A DNA stretch of 37,465 nt from a virus (IMGVR_UViG_3300025608_000045:1-37465); one strand, 5' to 3'; positions 1 to 8,985 are shown, numbered from the stretch's first letter. Program-made: numbers and translations. Notes: generated from the letters alone by a model not told the origin.

Positions 1-238
1 AATGCAAAGGTTGCATAATCAAATTAGAACTGAAGCCGAAGCAATCAAGAAAGGTGGAAGTGTAGATCAAATTAAAAAGGTTGAAGCTGAACTAGAAAGA
101 TTAAATAGAATCGGAGGAATTGAATCTATTATACCAACCGAAGGTATTGTATTTACATATAAAGGAAAGGTATTTAAACTTACTGGAACTTTTGCTGCGA
201 TTAATCAATTAATGGGAATCATAAAATACGGAAGATAA
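1..238 (+). CDS. C-terminal fragment of a protein with ATP-dependent ligase/nucleotidyltransferase-like motifs (5' truncated)
   Basis: The frame is open from the window edge. TEGIVF...KVFKLTG resembles ligase motifs IV (EGxV) and V (K). The stop abuts the next ATG at 240. Confidence 0.45.
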   Translation, partial: MQRLHNQIRTEAEAIKKGGSVDQIKKVEAELERLNRIGGIESIIPTEGIVFTYKGKVFKLTGTFAAINQLMGIIKYGR

Positions 239-239
239 T

Positions 240-2123
240 ATGGCACTTAAAAAATTAAGAGAACATTTTACTGAAACTAATAGAGAAAGCTTTATTGATA
301 TGTTAAAAGAAAGAGTTTTGGTTACTGAAAAAATATCAGCGCCTTCTTTCCACATGCAAAGAACTTCAAATGGATTTGAGTTTTTTAAAACTAGCAAATC
401 GGAATCTTTAGATATTGTAGATAGAACTATGATATCATTGTATGAGGTTGCGATAAACCACATGCAAAGTATTTCTTCTTCTCAAAAAGAAGAACTACCT
501 AAAGATTTTAAATTTGGATTTGAATATCTTCCAGAAACAAACGCATCTTCTCTGGATTATGATAAAACTCCTGAAAACTATTTAATATTAACGCATATTC
601 AAGAGATTAATACTAATAATGGAAAAATTAGAAAAACTATAAATGATCCATCAATCTTAAATAAATGGGCAAAAGTATTAGAAGTACAAGGACCTAGCGT
701 TATTTTTGATGGTTATTTAAATAGTGTTCAAAAGGAAAAACTTACTCAAATCTTAGAAATGGGAGACAGGGATTTTGGAGACACTTATGATTATCTAGAA
801 GAAACCACAGAAAAAATATCTTTTACTAAAGAGATTTTTAAACTTTTTAATCCAGCATCTATTTCTTCAACACTACACGAGGGATTAGAAAAAGAAATTG
901 ATGGATTAATAGTAAACTTTATTGAAGGTAAATCAATGAAATCTTATAAATTAGAAGATTTTAATAAACAATTAGTTAATGAATCAAGAGATTCTAGTCA
1001 TATGTATCAGATTGCAATTGCAGATCTTTTAGAATATATGTCACAATTTGATTTTAAAGAAATTCAACTAACTGAAGAGAATTCAGATAAAAGATATATT
1101 GAAACAATGTCCGTAATATTTAACGGATATGTTAGTAAAAATTCATCTAAATTTGTTGGTGTTAATTTTGAAAGTGCAGAGTTTTCTTCTGCTCAATCAT
1201 TTAAATTAAATACTAAATATATTCAAAATGAAACTACATTGAAGCTGGTTGAAAACGATGTACTATCTGAATTGTTTAAAATGTCTCTTGGTACTTTTAG
1301 AAAAAAGAGAAATAAAACAACAGATATTATTAGCCAAGAAATGTTAGAAAGAATGAATGAGCTAGTAGAAAAAATAGAAAATTTAATCTTTGTCGAAAGC
1401 ACTGATGAAAATGCAATATTCGATTATCAAAACTTTATGTTACATAATAGAATTAAATCATCTGTAAATTTAAACGAAGGTTTAAAAATGAAGTACACTG
1501 AACAGGGTAACGAATTAGTAAATATGTTTGTTGGTAGGTTTCAGCCATTTACTTTAGGTCATGCTAAAGTCCTTGAAGCTCTTCACAAAGAGAACGGATA
1601 TCCAGTAGTTGTATTTTTAGTAAAAGCTAAAAATGCTAAGCCTAAAAAAGGAGATGAGTTTAAGAAACCATATGACGAGCAAACACAAATTCAAATGTTT
1701 AACAACGTTAGAAAACAATATAAATTCTTAAAAGAAATTATAGTTATTCCAACTGGAGGAATCGACACTATATTTAACGCAGTAAGACCTAAATATGAAC
1801 CAGTACTTTGGGGAACCGGAACTGACAGAATGACAGGATACGGATATCAAGTAAACAATGACAAGTACAGAGATGAATTAAATTGTAGAGCTGATTTTGG
1901 TCTTTTTGAAATTAAAAGAACTGACGATAACATATCAGCAACTAAAGTTAGAAATGCAATGTTAGACGGAGATGAAAAATTATTCAAATCAATGACGCCT
2001 AAAGCAATCCATAATTTATATGGAACTTTAAAATCAAAGCTTGAAGATTCAATGGGAGTAGTTCCAGGATCTCAAGTATCTGAAAGTATTATGACTTTTG
2101 AACAATTTATAAATAAATACTAA
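240..2123 (+). CDS. Fusion protein: degenerate RNA-ligase-like N-terminal domain plus C-terminal HIGH-family nucleotidyltransferase (NadM/cytidylyltransferase-like)
   Basis: C-terminal FVGRFQPFTLGH (GRFQPxHxGH-like), GTDR and ISATKVR motifs. N-terminal VTEKISA, FGFEY, IDGLIV and YKL fall in the order of ligase motifs I, III, IV and V. Confidence 0.65.
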   Translation: MALKKLREHFTETNRESFIDMLKERVLVTEKISAPSFHMQRTSNGFEFFKTSKSESLDIVDRTMISLYEVAINHMQSISSSQKEELPKDFKFGFEYLPETNASSLDYDKTPENYLILTHIQEINTNNGKIRKTINDPSILNKWAKVLEVQGPSVIFDGYLNSVQKEKLTQILEMGDRDFGDTYDYLEETTEKISFTKEIFKLFNPASISSTLHEGLEKEIDGLIVNFIEGKSMKSYKLEDFNKQLVNESRDSSHMYQIAIADLLEYMSQFDFKEIQLTEENSDKRYIETMSVIFNGYVSKNSSKFVGVNFESAEFSSAQSFKLNTKYIQNETTLKLVENDVLSELFKMSLGTFRKKRNKTTDIISQEMLERMNELVEKIENLIFVESTDENAIFDYQNFMLHNRIKSSVNLNEGLKMKYTEQGNELVNMFVGRFQPFTLGHAKVLEALHKENGYPVVVFLVKAKNAKPKKGDEFKKPYDEQTQIQMFNNVRKQYKFLKEIIVIPTGGIDTIFNAVRPKYEPVLWGTGTDRMTGYGYQVNNDKYRDELNCRADFGLFEIKRTDDNISATKVRNAMLDGDEKLFKSMTPKAIHNLYGTLKSKLEDSMGVVPGSQVSESIMTFEQFINKY

Positions 2124-2158
2124 TATATAACCTTATAATATAAAATATAAATTACAAT

Positions 2159-3919
2159 ATGAATTCATTTGATAAATACGTAAATGAAACTAAAACGATG
2201 TTATCTGAGAAATCAATTAACAAAATTCAAAAAGAGTTTCAAGAAGTCGTTACTAAAATGGCGGAACTTGCACAAAAATATACTGCAACACAAGGCGATG
2301 AAAAGGCTGAAATATTACAAACTCTTAAAGAGTTAACAGCTGATAAGAGAAGACTTGCTGCTGAATTAGATGCAAAGGTTGCAGGAAAGGACAGAAACGT
2401 TCAGCTTGTAATTACTGAAGCTGAAGTTAACGAATCAGAAGTTAATGAAAGACACTTTACTCTTAAAAGAAGATATACTGAAAACCATCCAGCAGTTAAA
2501 GTTGGAAAAGGAGCTAAAATCAGAAACAAAGTATTAGAAGCGATTAAAGACGGTAAAATTACTCAAGAAGAATTTGACAATATTGTTTCTGAACTTTCAA
2601 ACAACGGAAAAAGATGGTCTAAAAGTAACGCAAAATACTTTACAATATCAGAAGATGGTATTTCACTTTCTAAATTTGGAAAGAAAATACTTGCTGGAAT
2701 TACAGTAAACGAAAAAACAGAAAAGAATCCTGGAATATGGGTTCCTGGAGGATTTGATAAAGATATATCAAAGGTAAAAAATTCAAAAATAACAATGGAT
2801 CTTGTGGCTAAAACAGCTAAGAAACATGAAGTTGATTTAGATGATGCAATTAAATATGTTGAATTTGGATGGGCTATAGATTTAAACGAAAACAAAACTA
2901 TGAAAACAAAATTTATTTATGAATCATTTGGAGACTTTGTAAACTCTTTAAACGAATCAGTAATTAATGAAGCGTTTGCTTCTACAAAACTTGCAAGTAT
3001 TTTAACTGGAGGTAATAAAATGTCTAAGGATCTTCCTAAAGCATTTTATAACATGGCTAAAATTGCGCTAGATAAAGTTCAAGATGTAGATATTATTGAA
3101 ATAGATCCTCAAGCAGCAAGAAAAGAAAAGAGACAAAACGCAGTTTATTTATACTTTACAACAAACGAAAAAGAAAACCCATACGCTGCTCGCCATTCTT
3201 ATGGTGTTAGTACTATTCCAGCAAATACTTTATTAGCAATTACAGATGGTTCTAATGAATGGATGAATATGCAATGGCAAAACAAATACAATTCAAAAGA
3301 TAATAAAAAATCTTTACAAAAGACTAAAAGAGATGATAGTTCTGGTTTTGCTAAATCAAGTTCTAATGATTCTTATGGAAGTGGTATTTCAAGTTTAACT
3401 AAAGTTGCTGAATTAGCAGATAGAGCGTATTGCTTAGATTTAGATATTCTTAGAGCAAGATATTCAACTATTGATAAAACAAATGACAGATTTAAAGCTA
3501 AAGAAGGTGCTATTGCGTTTAAAGACGACAAAGAATTTAAGAAAGCTAATTTAGACAGATATAATATGATTATTTCAGATAGAGCCGCAAAAATGCCTAT
3601 CGATACAATGGTTAAAGATGCTATCGATACCTTAACCGAACAAATCAAAGCAGCCTTAGTTAAAGGAGAAAAAGGAAGATATGGAGATATTATAGTAGGA
3701 AAGAACAAAAAAGGTAGAGAAGGTAAATTATCTGACGCAGCAAGCCACATGCAAAATATTCTTAATGATTTCCAAAGATACGTAAGTTCTACAAATCAAG
3801 CTGAAATCGAAAAGAAAGCTGGATATGGCGGAGATTACTATGAGAGAGATGTTAAGAGAAACGCAAAAGAGATCACTGATAAAATTAAACAAATTGAAAC
3901 ATTCGGTTACGTTTGGTAA
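2159..3919 (+). CDS. Hypothetical protein, probable virion/internal head protein
   Basis: 586 aa. Many [ILV]-x-E sites (VNE, ITE, LNE, INE), N-terminal MNSFDKYVNE and internal MKTKFIYESFGDFVN. AATATATA/TATAAATA elements lie upstream. Confidence 0.55.
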   Translation: MNSFDKYVNETKTMLSEKSINKIQKEFQEVVTKMAELAQKYTATQGDEKAEILQTLKELTADKRRLAAELDAKVAGKDRNVQLVITEAEVNESEVNERHFTLKRRYTENHPAVKVGKGAKIRNKVLEAIKDGKITQEEFDNIVSELSNNGKRWSKSNAKYFTISEDGISLSKFGKKILAGITVNEKTEKNPGIWVPGGFDKDISKVKNSKITMDLVAKTAKKHEVDLDDAIKYVEFGWAIDLNENKTMKTKFIYESFGDFVNSLNESVINEAFASTKLASILTGGNKMSKDLPKAFYNMAKIALDKVQDVDIIEIDPQAARKEKRQNAVYLYFTTNEKENPYAARHSYGVSTIPANTLLAITDGSNEWMNMQWQNKYNSKDNKKSLQKTKRDDSSGFAKSSSNDSYGSGISSLTKVAELADRAYCLDLDILRARYSTIDKTNDRFKAKEGAIAFKDDKEFKKANLDRYNMIISDRAAKMPIDTMVKDAIDTLTEQIKAALVKGEKGRYGDIIVGKNKKGREGKLSDAASHMQNILNDFQRYVSSTNQAEIEKKAGYGGDYYERDVKRNAKEITDKIKQIETFGYVW

Positions 3920-3943
3920 TCAATAAATAAAAATAAAACAATC

Positions 3944-4261
3944 ATGAAACACATTAAATTATACGAAGAATTTAATTCAGAAGTAAACGAAGCAGTAAAT
4001 GCATCAGGTTACATTAAAGCAGGAAAATTAGGTTATAACGACCAATTCTTAGGAAGAAGATCTTTATCATACACACTATCTACAGATTTAGGATTAAATC
4101 CTAAGCATGAATATGGCGGAGGAGATTGGTTAGGATTTGACCATGTAACTTTATATACAACAGGTGGTAAAAAAACAGGAACTATCCTGGGTGACGCTTT
4201 AACTGGTAAATACACATATGATGAGTTAAAAGCAGCTGCCGCTGAATTTTTAGGACTTTAA
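3944..4261 (+). CDS. Small hypothetical protein with capsid-targeting-like N-terminus
   Basis: Starts MKHIKLYEEFNSEVNE, resembling the T4 internal-protein leader MKTYQEFIAE. A-rich leader. Confidence 0.6.
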   Translation: MKHIKLYEEFNSEVNEAVNASGYIKAGKLGYNDQFLGRRSLSYTLSTDLGLNPKHEYGGGDWLGFDHVTLYTTGGKKTGTILGDALTGKYTYDELKAAAAEFLGL

Positions 4262-4271
4262 TACTTAAAAT

Positions 4272-4952
4272 ATGCCTAGCACTTCTAAAGCCCAGCAAAG
4301 ATTAATGGGAATGGCTTACGCTTATAAAAAAGGAGAACTTCAGTCAAATGAAGTTAGCCCAGATATAATACAACTAGCAAATTCAATGAACCTAAAACAA
4401 TTAAAAGATTTCGCATCAACGAAGCACAATGATCTAAGATCAAAGGCAGATGAAAACATTGCTTTAGGAAACCTTGGAGGTATGGGAGCTACATTTCTAC
4501 CAAATGGAACGGAAGTAGGTTCAGGAGATATTTTGTCTGGAACAGGAAGTGCAGAAGAGGAGTACAAGAAAAAGAAAAAGAAAAGAGAAAGAGCTATGAA
4601 AACTAAAACTTTTGAAGAATTCGTAAATGAAAAAAATGCTACAGTAAATGAGCCCAATGAAGCACCTGAATCATTAGTAAAATTTGCCGATGATGAAAAA
4701 TCAGAAGGTAAAGATGCTCAAATTTATTTAGCAACATTTAATGGATCTTCAATGGATGCTCAATCCACTACTAAAATGTGGGATGACGGAGTACCCGTTA
4801 CAAAATACTTTACAAGAGGAGGATTTAAAAAGGTATCACCTAAGGGACAGATATGGATTATTGAATCTGATGATTGGTGGTATTTTAAAAACAAGGGAAC
4901 TTGGTACGCTGTTAGAATAGCAGATTATGGAACTCCCCCGTTTGAATATTAA
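4272..4952 (+). CDS. DUF3008-like N-terminal domain protein with an additional C-terminal domain
   Basis: MPSTSKAQQRLMGMA...LKDFASTKH matches the DUF3008 pattern as recalled. A Lys run and internal MKTKTFEEFVNE (ATG 4596) follow. Confidence 0.6.
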   Translation: MPSTSKAQQRLMGMAYAYKKGELQSNEVSPDIIQLANSMNLKQLKDFASTKHNDLRSKADENIALGNLGGMGATFLPNGTEVGSGDILSGTGSAEEEYKKKKKKRERAMKTKTFEEFVNEKNATVNEPNEAPESLVKFADDEKSEGKDAQIYLATFNGSSMDAQSTTKMWDDGVPVTKYFTRGGFKKVSPKGQIWIIESDDWWYFKNKGTWYAVRIADYGTPPFEY

Positions 4953-4978
4953 TAATTTGAGTATCATCGAATTAAACT

Positions 4979-5004
4979 AAGCCTGATTTATTCAGGCTTT
5001 TTTT
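4979..5004 (+). terminator. Rho-independent terminator
   Basis: aagcctga-tttat-tcaggctt stem-loop followed by a T-run. Confidence 0.85.
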
Positions 5005-5005
5005 A

Positions 5006-5034
5006 TGAAACAATATCAGTTTTTTTGATATAAT
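5006..5034 (+). promoter_or_regulatory. Class A (early/middle-type) promoter TGAAAC-N17-TATAAT
   Basis: The same bipartite motif with exact 17-nt spacing recurs at 8 sites just upstream of gene starts. Confidence 0.75.
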
Positions 5035-5038
5035 ACTC

Positions 5039-5272
5039 ATGATGTACTTAGCACGACCAAAAAACTTTAAAGAATGGGTTTCTAAAGCCTATGATAAAAT
5101 TGAAAGAACCATTGACTCTTGTCAGACAGTAGAACACATTAATACTGCTAAAAAGATGGTTGACAATTTTATTATAGTAACTGCGCTTGAAGAAGATGCA
5201 AACCCTGAAGAATTGGAGGCGATTGCGCATCTGTTTTGGACTAGAATCAATTTAAAATTAATAACTTTATAA
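5039..5272 (+). CDS. Hypothetical protein (start possibly ATG 5042)
   Basis: 77-aa ORF directly downstream of a promoter. Its stop overlaps the next start (TAATG). Confidence 0.7.
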   Translation: MMYLARPKNFKEWVSKAYDKIERTIDSCQTVEHINTAKKMVDNFIIVTALEEDANPEELEAIAHLFWTRINLKLITL

Positions 5273-5715
5273 TGCATCAAACAAAAGGAAAAATCGGATT
5301 TACTGCAGGTAATTTTGACCTACTACATCCAGGCTACATTTACACATTTGAAGAGGCTAAAAATCACTGCGATTATTTTATGGTATTTTTACAAAGAGAT
5401 CCTTCAGAAACTAGAAACACAAAATACAAACCAGTAATTCCTCTATATGAGAGATATAAAACCCTAATGTCGGTTGAATATATCGATGAGGTTGTAACGT
5501 ATCAAACAGAAGAAGACCTGTTAAACCTAATGGAGTTTTACAAACCAGATGTAAGAATATTAGGAGACGACTATATTGGCAAGAGATGTACTGGAGATCA
5601 TCTACCGATTGAAATAGTATATACTACAAGAGCACATGGTTGGTCTACTACAAAATTAAAAGATATGATTACAAAACAGACATATCTTCAGAACCCTAAC
5701 GTAATTAAAGAATAA
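5272..5715 (+). CDS. Glycerol-3-phosphate cytidylyltransferase (TagD)/RfaE-like cytidylyltransferase
   Basis: GFTAGNFDLLHPGY (HxGH-like), ER...L...YIDEV, LGDDY, R.HGWSTT.L. Confidence 0.85.
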   Translation: MHQTKGKIGFTAGNFDLLHPGYIYTFEEAKNHCDYFMVFLQRDPSETRNTKYKPVIPLYERYKTLMSVEYIDEVVTYQTEEDLLNLMEFYKPDVRILGDDYIGKRCTGDHLPIEIVYTTRAHGWSTTKLKDMITKQTYLQNPNVIKE

Positions 5716-5717
5716 CA

Positions 5718-6638
5718 ATGAGAATAATAGTAACCGGAGGATATGGATTTATTGGATCTTCATTCGTTAACCTACTTAATCGTAGAATGCCTAATAACGA
5801 GATCGTTATTTTAGACAAGATAACATATGCGGCAGATCCAAATAATATTACTAAACCAACGAAATGTATTCACAAAGATATTTGTGACGTTACTGCTGAA
5901 GATTTAGGAGACTACGATTATATTGTTCATTTTGCAGCAGAATCACATGTTGATAATTCTATTAAAGACGGAAAACCATTTATTAGAACTAATGTTGAAG
6001 GAACATTTAATTTATTAGAATGTGCAAGACAGAATAAGAGCTTAAAGAAATTTATTCATATTTCAACCGATGAGGTTTATGGAGATATGGATGATATTGG
6101 AATTTTAGCAGAAGCGAATGAATGTTACGGAATTAAAGGATCTTCTTATTATTCTTCAACAAAAGCAGCATCTGATTTATTGGTTGAAGCAGCTGGAAGA
6201 ACTTTTGGATTACCATATTTAATTACAAGAACATGTAATAACTATGGATCTCATCAAAATGAAGAGAAGTTTATTCCAAAAATTATGAAATCCATCGCAA
6301 ACGATTTAACAATTCCAGTTTATGGAGATGGAAAACAAGTAAGAGAATGGATTGACGTTGAGGATAACGTACAATTAATATATGAACTAATGTTATCAGA
6401 TCAATTAAACGAGGTATATAATATTGGAAGTGGAGAAAGATACCAAAACATACAGATCATTAATATGATTGGTAAAATATTAGGTAAAACTCCAAAGTTT
6501 GAATTTGTAAAAGACAGATTAGGGCATGATAAAAGATATGCTTTAGATTCTACAAAAGTAAGAGAAATATTCCCAGAATGGATTACACTATCATTCGAAG
6601 AATTTTTATTAGAAGAAGTAAACACAGTAACAGCTTAA
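5718..6638 (+). CDS. rmlB: dTDP-glucose 4,6-dehydratase (extended SDR)
   Basis: VTGGYGFIGS, DKITYA, HFAAESHVDNSI, HISTDEVYG, YSSTKA (YxxxK), CNNYG, YGDGKQVREW, DRLGHDKRY. Confidence 0.92.
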   Translation: MRIIVTGGYGFIGSSFVNLLNRRMPNNEIVILDKITYAADPNNITKPTKCIHKDICDVTAEDLGDYDYIVHFAAESHVDNSIKDGKPFIRTNVEGTFNLLECARQNKSLKKFIHISTDEVYGDMDDIGILAEANECYGIKGSSYYSSTKAASDLLVEAAGRTFGLPYLITRTCNNYGSHQNEEKFIPKIMKSIANDLTIPVYGDGKQVREWIDVEDNVQLIYELMLSDQLNEVYNIGSGERYQNIQIINMIGKILGKTPKFEFVKDRLGHDKRYALDSTKVREIFPEWITLSFEEFLLEEVNTVTA

Positions 6639-6648
6639 AATTTAAAAA

Positions 6649-6870
6649 ATGAACGCACAATTAATTACAATGCTAAGAACTTCAGCTGAGGCTGATAAAG
6701 CAAAAGCCCTATTATCTTTAGATTTATTAGGTAATAAAGGAACAGGTATTGGAGATCACTCAACCGGAGATTTCTACACAAATGCTGAAGAAGCATTAAC
6801 AATGCTAGTAGACGCTGACGACAGGTTAGCAGCTATTGAAAAATACTTTTCTGGAGAACAAAAAGTATAA
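6649..6870 (+). CDS. Hypothetical protein
   Basis: 73-aa helical ORF with a GIGDH motif and A-rich leader, in the operon after rmlB. Confidence 0.75.
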   Translation: MNAQLITMLRTSAEADKAKALLSLDLLGNKGTGIGDHSTGDFYTNAEEALTMLVDADDRLAAIEKYFSGEQKV

Positions 6871-6871
6871 A

Positions 6872-6940
6872 TTGTTAATAACTTTTTGAAAATAAAGTGT
6901 ACCAGATTTTTCTGTTACACTTTTTTTGTTTATATTTACT
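6872..6940 (+). promoter_or_regulatory. Putative host-RNAP (Bacteroidota-type) early promoter region
   Basis: TATATTTA at 6931-6938 resembles the Bacteroidota -7 element TAnnTTTG. Palindrome GTTA-A-TAAC at 6874-6882. Precedes small unknown ORFs. Confidence 0.4.
6894..6927 (+). terminator. Probable terminator hairpin overlapping a promoter region
   Basis: aaagtgtaccaga-tttt-tctgttacacttt (one mismatch) followed by a T-run. Confidence 0.6.
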
Positions 6941-6963
6941 TATAACAAATTAAAACAATCATT

Positions 6964-7236
6964 ATGAACTACACAAGATTTAACAGACACGAATCAATGA
7001 ACTCAGAAACTCTTTCTGAAATCATGGACATTAAAAGAGAACTATACAGAGAAGATATCGAAAGAACATCTGATATTAGAAGTCTTGAAAACATGCTATT
7101 TGGATTATTTGATGGATATCTATACGATGAAATTCAAATTCTAGCGCTTAAGCTGCCAACTGATTTGGCTACTAGAATTATGAAAGTATATTTTACTTGC
7201 TCAAGATTTCCAAAATCAGAAACTCAAGTATATTAA
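6964..7236 (+). CDS. Hypothetical protein
   Basis: 90-aa ORF with A-rich leader (aaaacaatcatt-ATG). Confidence 0.7.
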   Translation: MNYTRFNRHESMNSETLSEIMDIKRELYREDIERTSDIRSLENMLFGLFDGYLYDEIQILALKLPTDLATRIMKVYFTCSRFPKSETQVY

Positions 7237-7238
7237 TT

Positions 7239-7463
7239 ATGATTAGAAAAAAACTGCACAAACATCAAGGAGATCCAATCATTATAGATCTCACAGGACC
7301 AGAAGGAAACGCGTTTATGTTATTGTCGTATGCAAAAACATTTTCAGAAAACTTAGGAAAACCCTACGAAGAATTATTAATTCAAATGCAAAGCGGAGAT
7401 TACGAACATCTTGTTAAAGTATTTGATGATGCATTTGGAGACTTTGTAATACTAGAAAGATAA
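7239..7463 (+). CDS. Hypothetical phage protein (IDLTGPEGNAF motif)
   Basis: ATG 7239, two nt after the upstream stop, is a better start than 7197. Contains the GxxGNAF...MxSGDY pattern seen in small phage proteins. Confidence 0.7.
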   Translation: MIRKKLHKHQGDPIIIDLTGPEGNAFMLLSYAKTFSENLGKPYEELLIQMQSGDYEHLVKVFDDAFGDFVILER

Positions 7464-7466
7464 GAT

Positions 7467-7622
7467 ATGGAATTAGAAGAATTGTTAATACTCTTAGAAA
7501 GAGCAGCAGATAATATTAAATATGCACAACCTAATGATGAAACACAGTGGGCATATAATGAAGGTATTGAAGATCTATCAATAGAATTAGAAAACCTAAT
7601 AAAAAACAAAATCGATAAATAA
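7467..7622 (+). CDS. Small hypothetical protein (51 aa, not in the ORF track)
   Basis: ATG 7467 to TAA 7622 encodes MELEELLILLERAADNIKYAQPNDETQWAYNEGIEDLSIELENLIKNKIDK and fills the gap between neighbouring genes. Confidence 0.65.
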   Translation: MELEELLILLERAADNIKYAQPNDETQWAYNEGIEDLSIELENLIKNKIDK

Positions 7623-7630
7623 ACTATAAT
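7602..7630 (+). promoter_or_regulatory. Class A promoter AAAAAC-N17-TATAAT
   Basis: Exact 17-nt spacing. Heads the modification cluster. Confidence 0.6.
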
Positions 7631-7649
7631 ACTTACTAAATAAATTTAT

Positions 7650-7931
7650 ATGAACATTTTAGAAGAAGCAAATTCAATTGTAAACAACAGAAGCGAAGAA
7701 GCAGATCGTAATTATGGTCCTTTTTCCGAAGGTATGGACAGAGCAGCAATGATCTTCCAAGGTATGACTGGATTAGAGGTAACTGGAGAACATATGTTTA
7801 AAGCACTTGTCGCTCTTAAATTCTCAAGAGAAAGTTATAATCACAAAACAGATAATCTACTAGATGCAGTAGCTTATATTCAAGGATTAGATAATTACAT
7901 CAACGAAAAAGAGAGTAATGGTCAAGATTAA
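7650..7931 (+). CDS. DUF6378-like all-alpha protein (putative nucleotide pyrophosphohydrolase-related)
   Basis: ILEEANSIVNNR...RNYGPF...LVALKFSRE...HK.DNLLDAVAY pattern typical of the DUF6378 family, which is often found near phage DNA-modification genes. Confidence 0.65.
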   Translation: MNILEEANSIVNNRSEEADRNYGPFSEGMDRAAMIFQGMTGLEVTGEHMFKALVALKFSRESYNHKTDNLLDAVAYIQGLDNYINEKESNGQD

Positions 7932-8985
7932 TGATATAATTCATTTGCTTAAAGATGATACTATGTGTCCTGCTAAAAAAATAGCAATTGACGACGTAGT
8001 AACAACTTATAGTTCAAAAGAAGCTAGTCATAAGAGTGCATGGTCATATCTATTGGCTGCCCAATTAAAAAGCATCGGATTCGATGTTGAGGTTCTTAAT
8101 AAGAACAGTGATATTCATCAATATGACGTATGGCTTGTAGCACTTCCAATGGAATTTGCAGGATCTTATAACCTATTTGGTGGAGCAACTGATGAACCTG
8201 CTGGAAGAATGCAGAGACTATTAGACTTTCAAGGTGAAGTATTTTGTATCAATAGAAAAATGCCAGATGTTGGAGCATTTGCTCAAAGTCGAATGAAATC
8301 ATGTTCAGAATTATGGGCTAAGCTTGATGTCGAAGGTCTTACTCAAAAATGTAAAGACATTAAAACATTAGATCTAACATTAGACTCGAATACATTTGTT
8401 CTTGGAGATTCTCATTCAGTTTCAGTATGGCAACCAGGTTCTAATATTAGTAGAAATGATGGTAAAACTCTTTTTGGAGTATTAAAAGAAGGAATGAATT
8501 CTTATATTCCTGAAGGAACTGAGCATCTTATAACATATTTTGGAAACATAGATATTAGACATCATTTATGTCGTCAAGATAAACCAATAGAATCTGTAAA
8601 GAAATTGGTTAAGGATTATTTTGAACACTTAAAATCTCTTAATATTAAAAAGGTTTCAGTCGTTAAATTACTTCCAATAGAATTTGAAGATCGTAGAATT
8701 CCAAAAACTGGATGGTATAAAGGAACTCCATTTATTGGTTCTCAGCGTGAAAGAACTCAATTAATGCAGATATTTAACGAGGAGCTAAGCAATCTCTCGA
8801 CTATATATAATATGAATGTAATCGAATGGCCAATTGATTGGTATACAACAGAACCTAAGTATTTCGCGGATACTTATATGGAAAAACCAGGTTCAGTACA
8901 CTTATCAAGAGCATATTACCAATATGATTTTATTACACTCGAAAAAAATAAAGCATTAAATAGAGTGATTAATTCACTTTTTTGA
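7918..8985 (+). CDS. Putative DNA-modifying enzyme: T4 beta-glucosyltransferase-like N-terminal domain plus SGNH-like C-terminal domain
   Basis: KIAI...YLL..L..IGFDVEVL...DIHQYD...SYNLFGG parallels recalled T4 BGT (KIAI...YL...MGLNVDII...DVNDYD...SINFFGG). The C-half has LGDSH, FGNID and SVH (SGNH blocks I, III, V). Ends NSLF. Confidence 0.5.
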   Translation: MVKINDIIHLLKDDTMCPAKKIAIDDVVTTYSSKEASHKSAWSYLLAAQLKSIGFDVEVLNKNSDIHQYDVWLVALPMEFAGSYNLFGGATDEPAGRMQRLLDFQGEVFCINRKMPDVGAFAQSRMKSCSELWAKLDVEGLTQKCKDIKTLDLTLDSNTFVLGDSHSVSVWQPGSNISRNDGKTLFGVLKEGMNSYIPEGTEHLITYFGNIDIRHHLCRQDKPIESVKKLVKDYFEHLKSLNIKKVSVVKLLPIEFEDRRIPKTGWYKGTPFIGSQRERTQLMQIFNEELSNLSTIYNMNVIEWPIDWYTTEPKYFADTYMEKPGSVHLSRAYYQYDFITLEKNKALNRVINSLF

